62,551 bases of DNA, taken from contig NC_068982.1 of assembly GCF_001194135.2 (NCBI RefSeq), forward strand, positions 91,066,232 through 91,128,782, read 5' to 3'. Position 1 is the stretch's first letter, and every line of letters begins with the position of its first letter. Position numbers and translations under genes: made by a program. This DNA is from Octopus bimaculoides (taxonomy: Eukaryota). The notes under the pieces are model-generated. The model was given only the letters and a program-made list of their open reading frames with translations, was not told the DNA's origin and did no database searches. This document shows positions 12,634 to 24,859 of this stretch, piece by piece.

Positions 12634-13721
12634 AGATGGAAGGGTCAATAGTGAGTCAGAGGCAGTCTGAAGGGTGTGTAAATGGGTAGGTGTGGTGGTG
12701 TGAATGGATGGGTGTGGTTATGTGTGTGTGTGTGTTGGCATGTGTGAATAGACGGAGCGGGTATGTGTATATGTGTGTGTGCACATATATATATATGCGT
12801 GTGTGTGTGTGTGTATATACATACATACATACATACATACATACATACATACATACACACGTACACCCTCACATTCTGAGGTTCTTGTTTTTGCAATTTG
12901 CGTTTCATGCAACTATAATCTTCAGGTGAGAACTTTCTTTCCTAAAACATTTCTATTCATTGTATATGCATTGCTAGGGATCTGCGTTTATCATTATTAT
13001 TATTATTATTATTATTGGTTGATTTATAATGTTATTTTGTTGTCTTGGGGCATATTGTTTAGGTTCACCGTCGTCGTAAAATTTCTTAATTTGTTATTTG
13101 TACTACATGTCGACCAGTAGTACTATTTGTACTACTGGTCGATTTCGCTGTTATTTATCTATGAACCGTTCTGTTGTTTGAGATTTTCTGTATATTAAAT
13201 TGTAGTTCAATATTTGCTCTTTTCTATAACCTGCTTTTCCTGCTTCTGCTTGGTTGTTTTATAATCTGCTCACTTAGGTTATTTTGCAATTTGACGACAA
13301 ATATTCCGTTTAGAGGTATTCAAAACTTAAATAAAAGAAAGAAAGAAAGAGAGAAAGAGCCTGCATGGGAAGTAACTCAAACAAAATCGGCCAATCAAGA
13401 TTCTGGAAAATATAGACGTTGTAGTAAAGTTTGGATCTTGACTTTGTGACCAACAGATGGAAGCAACGACCATGCTTCAATCTTGTTAGATTTTTTCAGC
13501 GAAGCATATTCACCTCAGTTGGTTAGGCTTGTAGAAATAGGCAGTCGTGTACATGAACATCTGTATGTGTTTTGTACATATGCAAACAAATATTATCCTC
13601 TGATCTAGAAAGTCTGTGCAATCAAATTTATATATAGAGAGAGACTTAGAAATATTAATAACTCTCTCTCTCTATATATATATATATATAAGTTTTAAAA
13701 AAAAATAAGAACAAAAAAACA

Positions 13722-13950
13722 ACAAAGTGAGGACGTGATACGGATAGTGTTATTGGACGCTCAGGAAAGGAAAGAGAGAGCGTATGACGTTTCGGGCGTA
13801 GCCCTTCGTCGGAAAGATGGAAAGTTCGGAGAATGGAAGAACGGAGAAAGAGGAAAATGGTACCGATGCCCACGAGGTTACATTGTGAAAAGACCGGAAG
13901 AGGAGGTGGTGGGGGGAAAAGTTCTTTCTAAAAGTGTGTACATGTAATTT
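13722..13950 (-). mobile_element. Penelope-type terminal repeat with a minimal hammerhead-like motif
   Basis: Reverse complement of 13785-13812 is CCGACGA AGGGC TAC GCCC GAAACGTCA. The flank is nearly identical to 30765-30825. Confidence 0.6.
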
Positions 13951-14407
13951 AAAAACTCCGTATGTATTTCAATAATACTTATCTTTATTTTAATATTTTA
14001 TGTATTTGTGTTTCTAGGTACAACTCTTTGGAATTTAGCAGCTGCCAAAACCAGAAGTTGAACTGTGTTAACAATGTTTTCTCTTGAGTCAAGTGAGTAG
14101 GAGTAAGGAGAACTCTCACTAAGCATCTTTCATTCCTACAACGACATCGATCTACTACATATTTATCTGGTCTTGAAAAATTCGCATTTACCCTGTGACC
14201 TTAGGGGATATAGTCTTACATGTGTACTTGCCATCTACAGAGCTAGCAACAATTCTAAAGCAGCAGATACATTTCTTTGTAAATAATTAAATTAAAAAGC
14301 AATTTTAAGAAATAATCATCAAAATTTTGCCGAAGGATCTCGGTCATGAGATTTTGGACAATTGAGTTTGTTATATGTAATTATAGTTTACTCATAATTA
14401 ATTCACT

Positions 14408-15497
14408 ATGAATACGGAACAATGTTTCCGCGATTTAAAAACGGGGATTATTTCAACCAGTAAAAATACCAGTCATTATTCGTCACTAGTATGCAATAGG
14501 GAGAAAACATGCTTCTCGGAGGAAATATTTCGAAGAGCAAAAGCGTCTCGTTCCATTCGAATATCCCGCAATTCATTTCTTTTGAGTCTGCTAGTTTTCT
14601 TCTGTCTATTAAAATACACTTCAGGAACTGAGTGTTCTTTTATGGATGGGAAATGTACTTATAACATACGCCTGGCTCCACCTCAGGCTATAACAGATAG
14701 ATCTAGTGGAGGTGGAGATCAATGTAAACGCAACCCACCAGCAAATTTCAGGCAATTCAGCGGCACAGAAGAAAGTCAGAACGATTACGCAGAAAAAATG
14801 ACACACATTGTGAAGGATTTCGATGTCATTAAAGACGATCATGAAAATCGTATCAGAGAGCTAGAAAACTATATAAGGAAGTCTCTGTCTAGAGGTGGAG
14901 AACCTGATGTGTTGAAAGTGGCGACCGATATAAAAGCGAAGATAAAACAAGGCTCTTCTGAATCAGGTAGTTACGGTGAAAATGGTGTCACATTTGATAC
15001 TACTGAAGGCAATTTAATTAAAAAACTTCATGATCAGTTTGCAGCAATACGGAAACTCAATCGAGAAAAATCGCAGTCATTGCGTGTGATGAACTACAAG
15101 TTGAACGAGACACGCCAAAAATTAGCTGATACACAAAATAACCTCCTGTTGACCAGAGATCAATTATTGCAAAACGAAGAAGCTCTAAGTAGGTTGCAAG
15201 ATGATAAGTATATTTTACAAAACCAACTGAAAGACAGGAGCGAAAGACTGGATCGAGCGGAAAAACGAGCAGATGCATTAGAAAAAAAGACTAAAGAGAC
15301 GGATGATAAACTGTTGACACTTATTCGATCAGAGAATATTCTGAAAGAAGAAATGTATACAGCTCAATATAAACTGAACGAAACTTCGCAGTTATTAGCA
15401 GATGCTCGAAATCAGTATCGCCAATTAGATGTGGATTTTGTACGTCTCATTTCCGAAATCAGCAGGAGGGAGAAAGAACTGAAGTTGTGTTATAAAG
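14408..15497 (+). CDS. Large coding exon (probably first coding exon) of a secreted or type II-anchored coiled-coil glycoprotein with an angiopoietin-like N-terminal Cys motif; C-terminal exons not found
   Basis: Only long, non-repetitive ORF in the window (394 codons to the stop at 15592). Hydrophobic FLLSLLVFFCLL (aa 57-68) followed by TSG|TEC, a signal-peptidase-like site. ECSFMDGKCTYNIRL motif. Heptad-rich helices at about aa 127-160 and 200-360. N-glycosylation sequons NET at aa 233 and 324. Donor AAG|GTAAGA at 15497/15498 (phase 1), after which the ORF loses its coiled-coil character. Confidence 0.85.
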
Positions 15498-15810
15498 GTA
15501 AGAGACTCAGATATTTTACAACCGTTTGCTACAGCTTATCACACCTCCGAACCCGCGTACTTTTACGGCTTAATAATTCTAGTGTTTATTAGCATCAGCT
15601 GTTCTTAATGAACACCAACGTTGTTAATGTTACTCGGCGCCATCCTATCGACATGTGGTGAATAGATGTTACAAGATAAATTGATTGCAGATATTTTTAT
15701 AACAAATAAAAGTAAAACAAGAGTAAAGAGAGTGTGTGTGTGTGTAAGACAGAGAGAGAGATGGAGGAAGGAGCACATAAAACGTTTATATATACGTGTG
15801 TGAGTATGTG

Positions 15811-15870
<60 letters not shown>

Positions 15871-16640
15871 NNNNNNNNNNNNNNNNNNNNNNNNNNNNNN
15901 NNNNNNNNNNNNNNNNNNNNNNNNNNNNNNNNNNNNNNNNNNNNNNNNNNNNNNNNNNNNNNNNNNNNNNNNNNNNNNNNNNNNNNNNNNNNNNNNNNNN
16001 NNNNNNNNNNNNNNNNNNNNNNNNNNNNNNNNNNNNNNNNNNNNNNNNNNNNNNNNNNNNNNNNNNNNNNNNNNNNNNNNNNNNNNNNNNNNNNNNNNNN
16101 NNNNNNNNNNNNNNNNNNNNNNNNNNNNNNNNNNNNNNNNNNNNNNNNNNNNNNNNNNNNNNNNNNNNNNNNNNNNNNNNNNNNNNNNNNNNNNNNNNNN
16201 NNNNNNNNNNNNNNNNNNNNNNNNNNNNNNNNNNNNNNNNNNNNNNNNNNNNNNNNNNNNNNNNNNNNNNNNNNNNNNNNNNNNNNNNNNNNNNNNNNNN
16301 NNNNNNNNNNNNNNNNNNNNNNNNNNNNNNNNNNNNNNNNNNNNNNNNNNNNNNNNNNNNNNNNNNNNNNNNNNNNNNNNNNNGTGTGTGTGTGTGTGTG
16401 TATGTGTGTGTGTGTACGTGTGCATGTGTGTGTGTGTGGGTGTGTGTGTGTGTGTATGCATGTATGTATATAAAAAATGGAACAAAAGTGCAATAGGGGA
16501 CAGTAAACATCCGGACAGATAGACGATACAAAGACGGAAAGGAAAAACAACAATTAGAGGGACAGGAAAAAAAGGACGGGTTATTCGTGGCCTTCTTTCG
16601 TCAGTCAAGTTACCAGATATCCTTACAGTTTCGAGCAATT

Positions 16641-16757
16641 ACACTTGAGACTGTTCGATCTGGTTGCCCCCCAAAAAGTACACTTCAGACTGTTCGATCT
16701 GGTTGCCCCCCAAAAAGTACACTTCAGACTGTCTGATCTGGTTGTCCCCCAAAAGGT
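16641..16757 (+). repeat. 39-bp tandem repeat, 3 copies
   Basis: ACACTT(G/C)AGACTGTTCGATCTGGTTGCCCCCCAAAAAGT at 16641 and 16680, diverged copy at 16719. Confidence 0.95.
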
Positions 16758-17317
16758 CTAAGCTAAGAGCATTAGCATTTTTGTAAGAAAGCTAGCGAAT
16801 GTGTACAAGACAAAAAGCGGAGAACATGTTACACAATTACAAATACAAACAAGTGTCTTTCGACTGATGACGAATCAATTTGAGCTGGCGTGCAAAAAGT
16901 GAAAGCCTTCAGGCAGGAACATAGGAGATGGACATAAGATGTGTTGGCGGTCGGCAGTCAGGCCAAGAAAGATGGAAGAGCGTCGTAGAAAATGAAATAG
17001 AGTATATTTTAGATTAAAAAAGAACTTTGTTTACCTTAAATTTGAAAAATAATAGTATTAAAAGAACCGCATTATTTATGGGATGACACGATGTGTGTGT
17101 GTGTGTGTGTGTGGAAAGATGGGACTACTGAAGACATACATATACATGTATGTGTGTGTGCATTATTGCATGTATATGTTTTTTTTTATATATACAAACA
17201 GCCATATAGTTATGTTCGTCTAAAAGTGACCCAATGGTTATTTATAGAATTTTCTCTAAAACGCAACAGTTTAGTTGGTGTTGTAAAGAAACAGCTCTTG
17301 CAACAACTTTTCTTAAC

Positions 17318-17318
<1 letters not shown>

Positions 17319-17392
<74 letters not shown>

Positions 17393-17414
17393 CTTCTTCT
17401 TCTTCTTCTTCTTC

Positions 17415-17478
<64 letters not shown>

Positions 17479-17480
17479 TT
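17319..17480 (+). repeat. Compound trinucleotide array (CTA)n(CTT)n(TAA)n
   Basis: Read directly. Confidence 0.95.
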
Positions 17481-17506
17481 CTCTTCACAATTTATTAAAT
17501 CATTAT

Positions 17507-18191
17507 TATTTGTGAACAGAAATAAGCAGTTCAAGGAGAACCGATTGTTCAAAACAACCCGAAGCAATTCTTCCGAACGTTAGAAGGAGACAAGGGGAAA
17601 ATGTTGCTCCTGATGCAAATCAAGCCAAGGAGCTCTGGAGTGGATTACGGAGAAACAATGTGGTGCATAAAAGGGATGCAATGTGGATAGGAATTATTAG
17701 GACATAATTACAAGGAGGACAGAAACAAAGGAATAGTATCATAAGCACGGGTGACGTGAAAGAACAAGTGGTTAAAGTGCCAAACTGGAAAACCCCTGGA
17801 CCAGACGGGATTCATGGCTTATGGTGGAAGAGATGCCACGCGGTGCATGAAAGACTAAGACTAGCAGCCCAATTGAATGAGTGTGTCCAGAAAGGTAAAG
17901 TCCCCACGTAGATGGTGACTGGGAGGACAACACTTATAAAGAAAGATAGAAGAGGGAATTTTGTGGGGAACTGCCGTCCCATAGCATTCCTAAACATAAT
18001 ATTGAAGATGCTCACTGGAATATGCGCAGCAAAGACATATACTTTCCTGGACCAAGAAGGAATAATAATAATGATAATAATAATAATAATAACCCTAACA
18101 CCTACATGAACTTCTAACTTGTTGTCTCTTGAGGTCTCTGGGTGAGACTTGAATCCAACTTGTACAAATGCAAAGCAAAAGTCAAACATAA

Positions 18192-18192
<1 letters not shown>
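17507..18192 (+). mobile_element. R4/Dong-type non-LTR retrotransposon fragment (RT N-terminal region and probable 3' UTR) in (TAA)n
   Basis: VPNWKTPGPDGIHGLWWK...*MVTGRTTLIKKDRRGNFVGNCRPIAFLNIILKMLTG, typical of the region before the RT core in RLE-type LINEs. (TAA)n at 17415-17480, 18060-18090 and 18190-18270. Confidence 0.75.
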
Positions 18193-18273
<81 letters not shown>

Positions 18274-19019
18274 CCACACAACTACTACTACCAACACCAT
18301 CACCACCATCACCACTTCTACTACTGCCACCACTAACACCATAGCTGCTACTACTACTAATGTACTACCGCCAATGGCACTATCATCACACCTGCCAACA
18401 CTTCCATCACCACAACTTCCAGCACCAACACTAACGCCCCTAATGTCATCAACAACACTTTCGCTACAACTGCCAGCGGCTCTTTCCCCTCCACCACACC
18501 TGCCAACGTCACTACCACCCTAATCATCCGCCATAACTTCCACCATAACCACCAATATCACCATCACCATCATCATCATTGTTGTCAGTATATCAGTGCC
18601 AAGTTCACCATCTGTCCTCATCATTTCTTACTGCTAATGTATTGAAAGTAAACAATTAGAATCCTTTACAAGTGATAATGTCTTGCATTTTAATGTTTAA
18701 ATATAAAGATGATACACGGTCTCACTTCGCAGCTTTTTACGGCTGACCGCCAAAATCTACCAAATGCATATAGAAAACTCGGTGCAAACATACATAGAAT
18801 AATGAGCCAAAATGTTTAATTAATTAGTAAGGAGAAAAACAAAATTAATGGTTAATTCTGGCCAAGAAAGACAAGGGAGACAAGTTCAGAATTTAAATTA
18901 AAAAGTATTTGAAATACAATGCAATAGGCAATGGCTCTGCTCTTACTGTGACAACTTCTACTAAATACATACAACTCCTTCACTTAATACAACCCCAGCC
19001 AAAAAAGGAGCTTCCATTT

Positions 19020-19170
19020 AATCGTTAACTGCTAGACATAGCAGCCAAATCTACCCCCAAATTATTCACTACCATCTTTAAAGTAAAAGAAAAGAAAATA
19101 TTCGATAATATAGTCTTAGATATTCCTTGAAGACGGAATGGTTGTTCCAGAACTAATCTGGAGTTAAGCA
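19020..19170 (+). mobile_element. Old interspersed repeat (family D), also at about 37020-37250, 38790-38970, 39320-39520 and 54590-54760
   Basis: Recurrent CTGCTAGA.ATAGCAGCCAAAT.TCCC...CAAATCAC...GGATAA.ATAGTC.TAGA...GCTAAACAACAAC pattern, heavily diverged. Confidence 0.55.
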
Positions 19171-20369
19171 ACAACGAAAGAACTACCCCAAGGAAGCTCG
19201 AGCCATTGAAAGTACCTCTAAATGTCGATACCTCTAGATACAGCAGTCGAATTTCACTCAAATAACATGGCGCTCTCATAAAAACAGATAAACAAGCTGC
19301 ATGAGGCATTTCTAAATGCATAAAACAAAAGCAATACAATACATAAACAAGAAAAAACAGTCCGGATACAAAAAACGAATGATGCGAGAGGAACGCGTTT
19401 TTTATTAATTAATATTCTGCTCGGTCGTAGCTGATGTGTAGCTAAAAACAGCAACGACGACGACAATAAACAACAACGTCACAGCTGAGTAAGTCGAGAC
19501 GACATGAGTCTGCCACCCGCCGAACGCTTGTCTGCAGTTATTTTAATGGCAGTATGTAGGTGGGGGCAGAGTGACCAGCACTATAATATTTCACTACTAT
19601 TTTCGCTAGTTTCGTAGTGATGAATTCAAAACATCTTATGAACAAATCCGTCACAGTAAGTACGATTGTCGCAGCCAGGTCAGTCGAGAATCTACCAGCC
19701 AAATAGTTTTAAAACCGCCAGTAAATATTCTACCGACAGTACTGGGTTTTGTCCCATAAAGACAAGACGCTGCAACCTCAAATGTCTTATGCCAACTAGT
19801 AAGATATGGATACCCCAGAGCTGGATTAACTTTTCTTTATAAGAGGCAGCCACAGTGACGCCGAGAAAGATTGAGGAGCATTTCCATAGCTAGCAACTCT
19901 AAAAGCAATTTCTCGTTTGAATATCGCTTGGTTATGAATAACGTTTGAATAACGCTAAGTCATGAGTTCAAATTTAATACAAATGCTTTGTGGTGTGTTT
20001 GAGCAGGACATTTCATTCAAGATTGCTTCAGTTAACATAGCTGTGGAAACAGATACCATATAATATTGGGACATAACCTACGAGACACCAATGATCTGCT
20101 CAGGGGATGATTTCTCTCTCATATCCTTCATGATTTGAACAACCAAACCCAAATACTGGCCTACAGGATTATAGTGACTATAATCTTGTGGGATTGCTTT
20201 TGTTTTTAATTTAATATCGTCGAAAGAGACGGGGCCCATCTACCTAATGTGATAATATGACTTGATATTGTTAGAATGTGGGAAATGAGCTGTTATGTGG
20301 TCGGTCGACCAGCAAATTGAAAAGAAATTACACATTCGACAATGCAGTCCTATTCTTTTATTCCTTTAC

Positions 20370-20650
20370 TTGTTTCAATACTAAATTTGGTTTTGTATCT
20401 TTTGCCGAACCGTCAAGTTACAGGGACATAAACAAATCCTACCACACACACACACACGCACACACACACACACACACATCTGTATACGACGGAATTCTAC
20501 ACAGTTTCCTTCTACCAAATTCATTCACTGGGCATTGCTGGGCCAGAGGCTCTGTAGTAGAAGATACTTTCCCAACACAGCACGCAGCTGGATCGAAACC
20601 CAAAACTACATCGTTGCAAGGGCAAACTTCTTAACCACAAAACCATACTT
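20370..20650 (-). mobile_element. SINE family C, degraded
   Basis: TTTTGCCGAACCG.....TTACAGGGACATAAAC and TAGTAGAAGATACTT.CCCAA match 38085-38280. Confidence 0.6.
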
Positions 20651-21520
20651 GCACCTATATATACAAAATATACAAAATAATACAAAATAACAAGATGCTA
20701 ACATTTTGAACGACTTTGATCATAGGCCTTCTCAATCAGGACTTACCAACAACAACAACAATAACAACGACGATCCTAGATATAAGAGATAAAGACGAAG
20801 TATTCTCTGGAGCCCCTATGACCTTATAAGATACGAGACTTAAGACTTAACATTGATACGTTGTTGTCTCTAGGATCTAGCCTTGTTTATAGATTATCGT
20901 TTCAATCAGTAATTACCCCATCTGCCATCATCCATTCTACATCCGTTGTTTATTTATAAAATCCTGTTCTAGTCGTTAAAAACATCTTTTTAGATATGTT
21001 TGGTAGTCCTGAGTTTTGGTATTATTTTGTTGTTTATTGTTCTCATATGTTAATAATCAGAAAAATGCCTTGAAACGGAAAGTTTATATATATATATATA
21101 TATATNNNNNNNNNNNNNNNNNNNNNNNNNNNNNNNNNNNNNNNNNNNNNNNNNNNNNNNNNNNNNNNNNNNNNNNNNNNNNNNNNNNNNNNNNNNNNNN
21201 NNNNNNNNNNNNNNNNNNNNNNNNNNNNNNNNNNNNNNNNNNNNNNNNNNNNNNNNNNNNNNNNNNNNNNNNNNNNNNNNNNNNNNNNNNNNNNNNNNNN
21301 NNNNNNNNNNNNNNNNNNNNNNNNNNNNNNNNNNNNNNNNNNNNNNNNNNNNNNNNNNNNNNNNNNNNNNNNNNNNNNNNNNNNNNNNNNNNNNNNNNNN
21401 NNNNNNNNNNNNNNNNNNNNNNNNNNNNNNNNNNNNNNNNNNNNNNNNNNNNNNNNNNNNNNNNNNNNNNNNNNNNNNNNNNNNNNNNNNNNNNNNNNNN
21501 NNNNNNNNNNNNNNNNNNNA

Positions 21521-21552
<32 letters not shown>

Positions 21553-22193
21553 CGTATATAAACCTGTATGTATTGTTATATACATATAGGTGTGTGTGTG
21601 ATGTGAGTGTAAAACGTATGTGTGTGGGTATTTTTCTAAACTACACACTTGAGATTTAGAAAAAATTGTTATTTACTATCATATGACACCTCGTATATTC
21701 AGAAATATGTTATAATTGTTGATGTGAGGGTATATAGGTTGGGGTGGATGAGTGACTGAGCTGAGTATCTTTCAAGTGTGTGTGTCCGTGTCTACGTGTT
21801 TCCCAAGAAGTAGACGAAACAAAACTACCGTATTTATACGTATATATGCAGACCACGTGTAAAATAGACAACTCCACCACTTTCGTTCCAACAGTACTTA
21901 CCACCGATTTAAAACGCCGCTAAAGTAGCTTATATGTAACAATTTACAGAAAAATCTGACCTCAAATTCTTAGAAGACCTTGATGTGTCTGATTCTGACT
22001 TGGTACTGTAAAACTTGCGCTAAACATGTTTTCCAGAATTGAATGTTACGAGTTAAATATGCATAAATGTAATAGATATATATCTAAAAAAAAAAAAGAA
22101 TAGAGAAGTTATACACAATGGCAGGTATACGCAAACTCATACACACTCACATACACACATATGAACACACACACACACACACANNNNNNNNNN

Positions 22194-22256
<63 letters not shown>

Positions 22257-22465
22257 CTTACCTCTATTCAAACACACATGTATGTATGTGCCATAAATGG
22301 CAAAACGTATTAATAATTATTCAGTGAAAAAAAATCAATACGCTAATGGCTAAGTCAGGATTGTGGTTATGTAAAATATGTATCTCTACTTCTCTCACTC
22401 CTTCCCTCCCATCTCTCTCGTTTTCACTCTCTCTCTCTTTCTTTCTCTCTCTCACTCTCACTCTC

Positions 22466-22516
<51 letters not shown>

Positions 22517-23049
22517 TTATCTGTCTGTGTATATACAGATAAAGTTTGTGTGAAGCATTGAGAAGTAAGTATCTCTTGATAGGAGTGTGAACAGAAACTA
22601 AGGAAAATTAATTTACATTTGTAGTTGTTTTTCATTTATAATATTTTATTTTTGTTCTTGGAATTGTATACATGTTACAATCTCTTTACCTTGTGATTTA
22701 GTTTCAATATTTCGGAAATAAAAATCCCTTGCCAAGAAAACAGACGACAAGTTAGCTGCGTGTGCACAGATCAAAATAACAATGCACTTATTCTTTAGAT
22801 GCTAACACAGGAAAAAGTAATGCAGAATTTGCGGGCTAGTAGTGTTAATCCAACCAATCAGCGCAGTGCGGTACGTGTATGTTCTTAGATGATGGAGTTA
22901 ACTTAATCAGGATAAAGTTTTTAATTTTTTTTCCTGTATTTCCCATAATTCGTTCAGTGTCTTTCATGATAACTGTGATAGTCCTGTTATGACTTCTCTA
23001 AAGAAAATTTTAAGGGGTTAGAATTTGCATAACTGCGTTCTTCAAAGCG

Positions 23050-23600
23050 AATGTGCAGTTGCGAATGATGCTACGGATAAATTTATTACAGTTTATATGG
23101 TATACTATAATTGATCTGTAAGTATATGTCAAGCTGGCTGATGGGAAAGTTGGCTAAACATTGTTGTTGTTTATAGTCCAACTGCTACAAAGGTCTTTTT
23201 TTTCTCGGAGAGGTACCTCATCTGTATATTCAGTCCCACTATACATTTGGTGGAATGCACCAATTGTTCTTTGATTAAAGTGTAGTAATGTTATTGGAGG
23301 TATGATTCCTGTTCAAAGTTTATCTTATGAAGCCAGTGTCTCGAAAAGGATGCTAGTTAGCCGTTATTCATTTGAGCCCTTTAAAATAATTTGCTGTTAG
23401 TGATCCTATCGCGTGCTTAACATGCATCTATTGTGAACAAGTAATATTTCACTTTTTCGGTATGATACTATGATTCTTATACGAAAGGCTGATCTACATT
23501 GTACGATCAGTTCTGTACAGGCAGCTTTTCTGTAGAATTTAGTATTAAAAGATTCCTTCTCCGTAATTTGCAATGAGATATCGAGTAAAAAGAAATCCAG
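23050..23600 (-). mobile_element. Possible highly degraded Penelope GIY-YIG region
   Basis: The reverse strand reads VAVGL*TTTMFSQLSHQ, loosely like YIGLTTTTLSRRLTMH; many stops. Confidence 0.25.
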
Positions 23601-23759
23601 TGTCAGCGGGATGCTCTATTTCAAAGTTTATGTAGTTGTAAAATTTTGAAAATTTAAGAATTAAAGCTCTCCCAATTAAGAAATTAAATCCATTCATTAA
23701 CGACAGACATGAACTCAGCTTTGTTGATTAACTGATTCAAGATTTCATTTTGTACAATT

Positions 23760-23888
<129 letters not shown>

Positions 23889-24335
23889 TAGTGAATGAGT
23901 GAGTGAGTGTATTTATGTGTATTAGCGCCAGTTGGCTATCCGAAATATAACTCTTTAGGTGCGACATGGGCTTTTATATATAAAGATTATTTAATAATTT
24001 TTTTTCTTTTTCGGGGGTAGGAGTGTCGAGGTAAATGGTAGCATTTATACCAAGTTTTAGAGTAAATGACAGAAGAATTGTTGGCAATTATTGATTTATG
24101 TGATTCTTTATTGACTGGAAACATCGTTGTTGTTGTTGTTACTTAGCTCTAACTGAACAGAACTCTAGTGAAAGCTTGCTACCTAAGATCATCCGCCTTT
24201 TTATTTATAGGGAATTACACATGCTATAACGGATCCTTTCTTTATAGCAGTCATGTACACACACACACATACACACACAAACACACACACACACACACAC
24301 ATACACACACATACATACACACACACACACGTGTG

Positions 24336-24375
<40 letters not shown>

Positions 24376-24823
24376 NNNNNNNNNNNNNNNNNNNNNNNNN
24401 NNNNNNNNNNNNNNNNNNNNNNNNNNNNNNNNNNNNNNNNNNNNNNNNNNNNNNNNNNNNNNNNNNNNNNNNNNNNNNNNNNNNNNNNNNNNNNNNNNNN
24501 NNNNNNNNNNNNNNNNNNNNNNNNNNNNNNNNNNNNNNNNNNNNNNNNNNNNNNNNNNNNNNNNNNNNNNNNNNNNNNNNNNNNNNNNNNNNNNNNNNNN
24601 NNNNNNNNNNNNNNNNNNNNNNNNNNNNNNNNNNNNNNNNNNNNNNNNNNNNNNNNNNNNNNNNNNNNNNNNNNNNNNNNNNNNNNNNNNNNNNNNNNNN
24701 NNNNNNNNNNNNNNNNNNNNNNNNNNNNNNNNNNNNNNNNNNNNNNNNNNNNNNNNNNNNNNNNNNNNNNNNNNNNNNNNNNNNNNNNNNNNNNNNNNNN
24801 NNNNNNNNNNNNNNNNNNNNNNN

Positions 24824-24855
<32 letters not shown>

Positions 24856-24859
24856 GAGG

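Noticed and set aside
15498-15592. Last 31 codons of the 394-aa ORF as constitutive coding sequence
   Set aside because: They follow a strong AG|GTAAGA donor and lose coiled-coil composition; treated as intron.
19025-19339. 104-aa minus-strand ORF
   Set aside because: It overlaps old repeat family D on the + strand and has no recognisable domain.
19489-19661. Two GTAAGT donors and a 46-nt candidate exon (19610-19655, FRSDEFKTSYEQIRH)
   Set aside because: Its phase 0 start is incompatible with the phase-1 donor at 15497, and GTAAGT is expected many times by chance in this AT-rich window.
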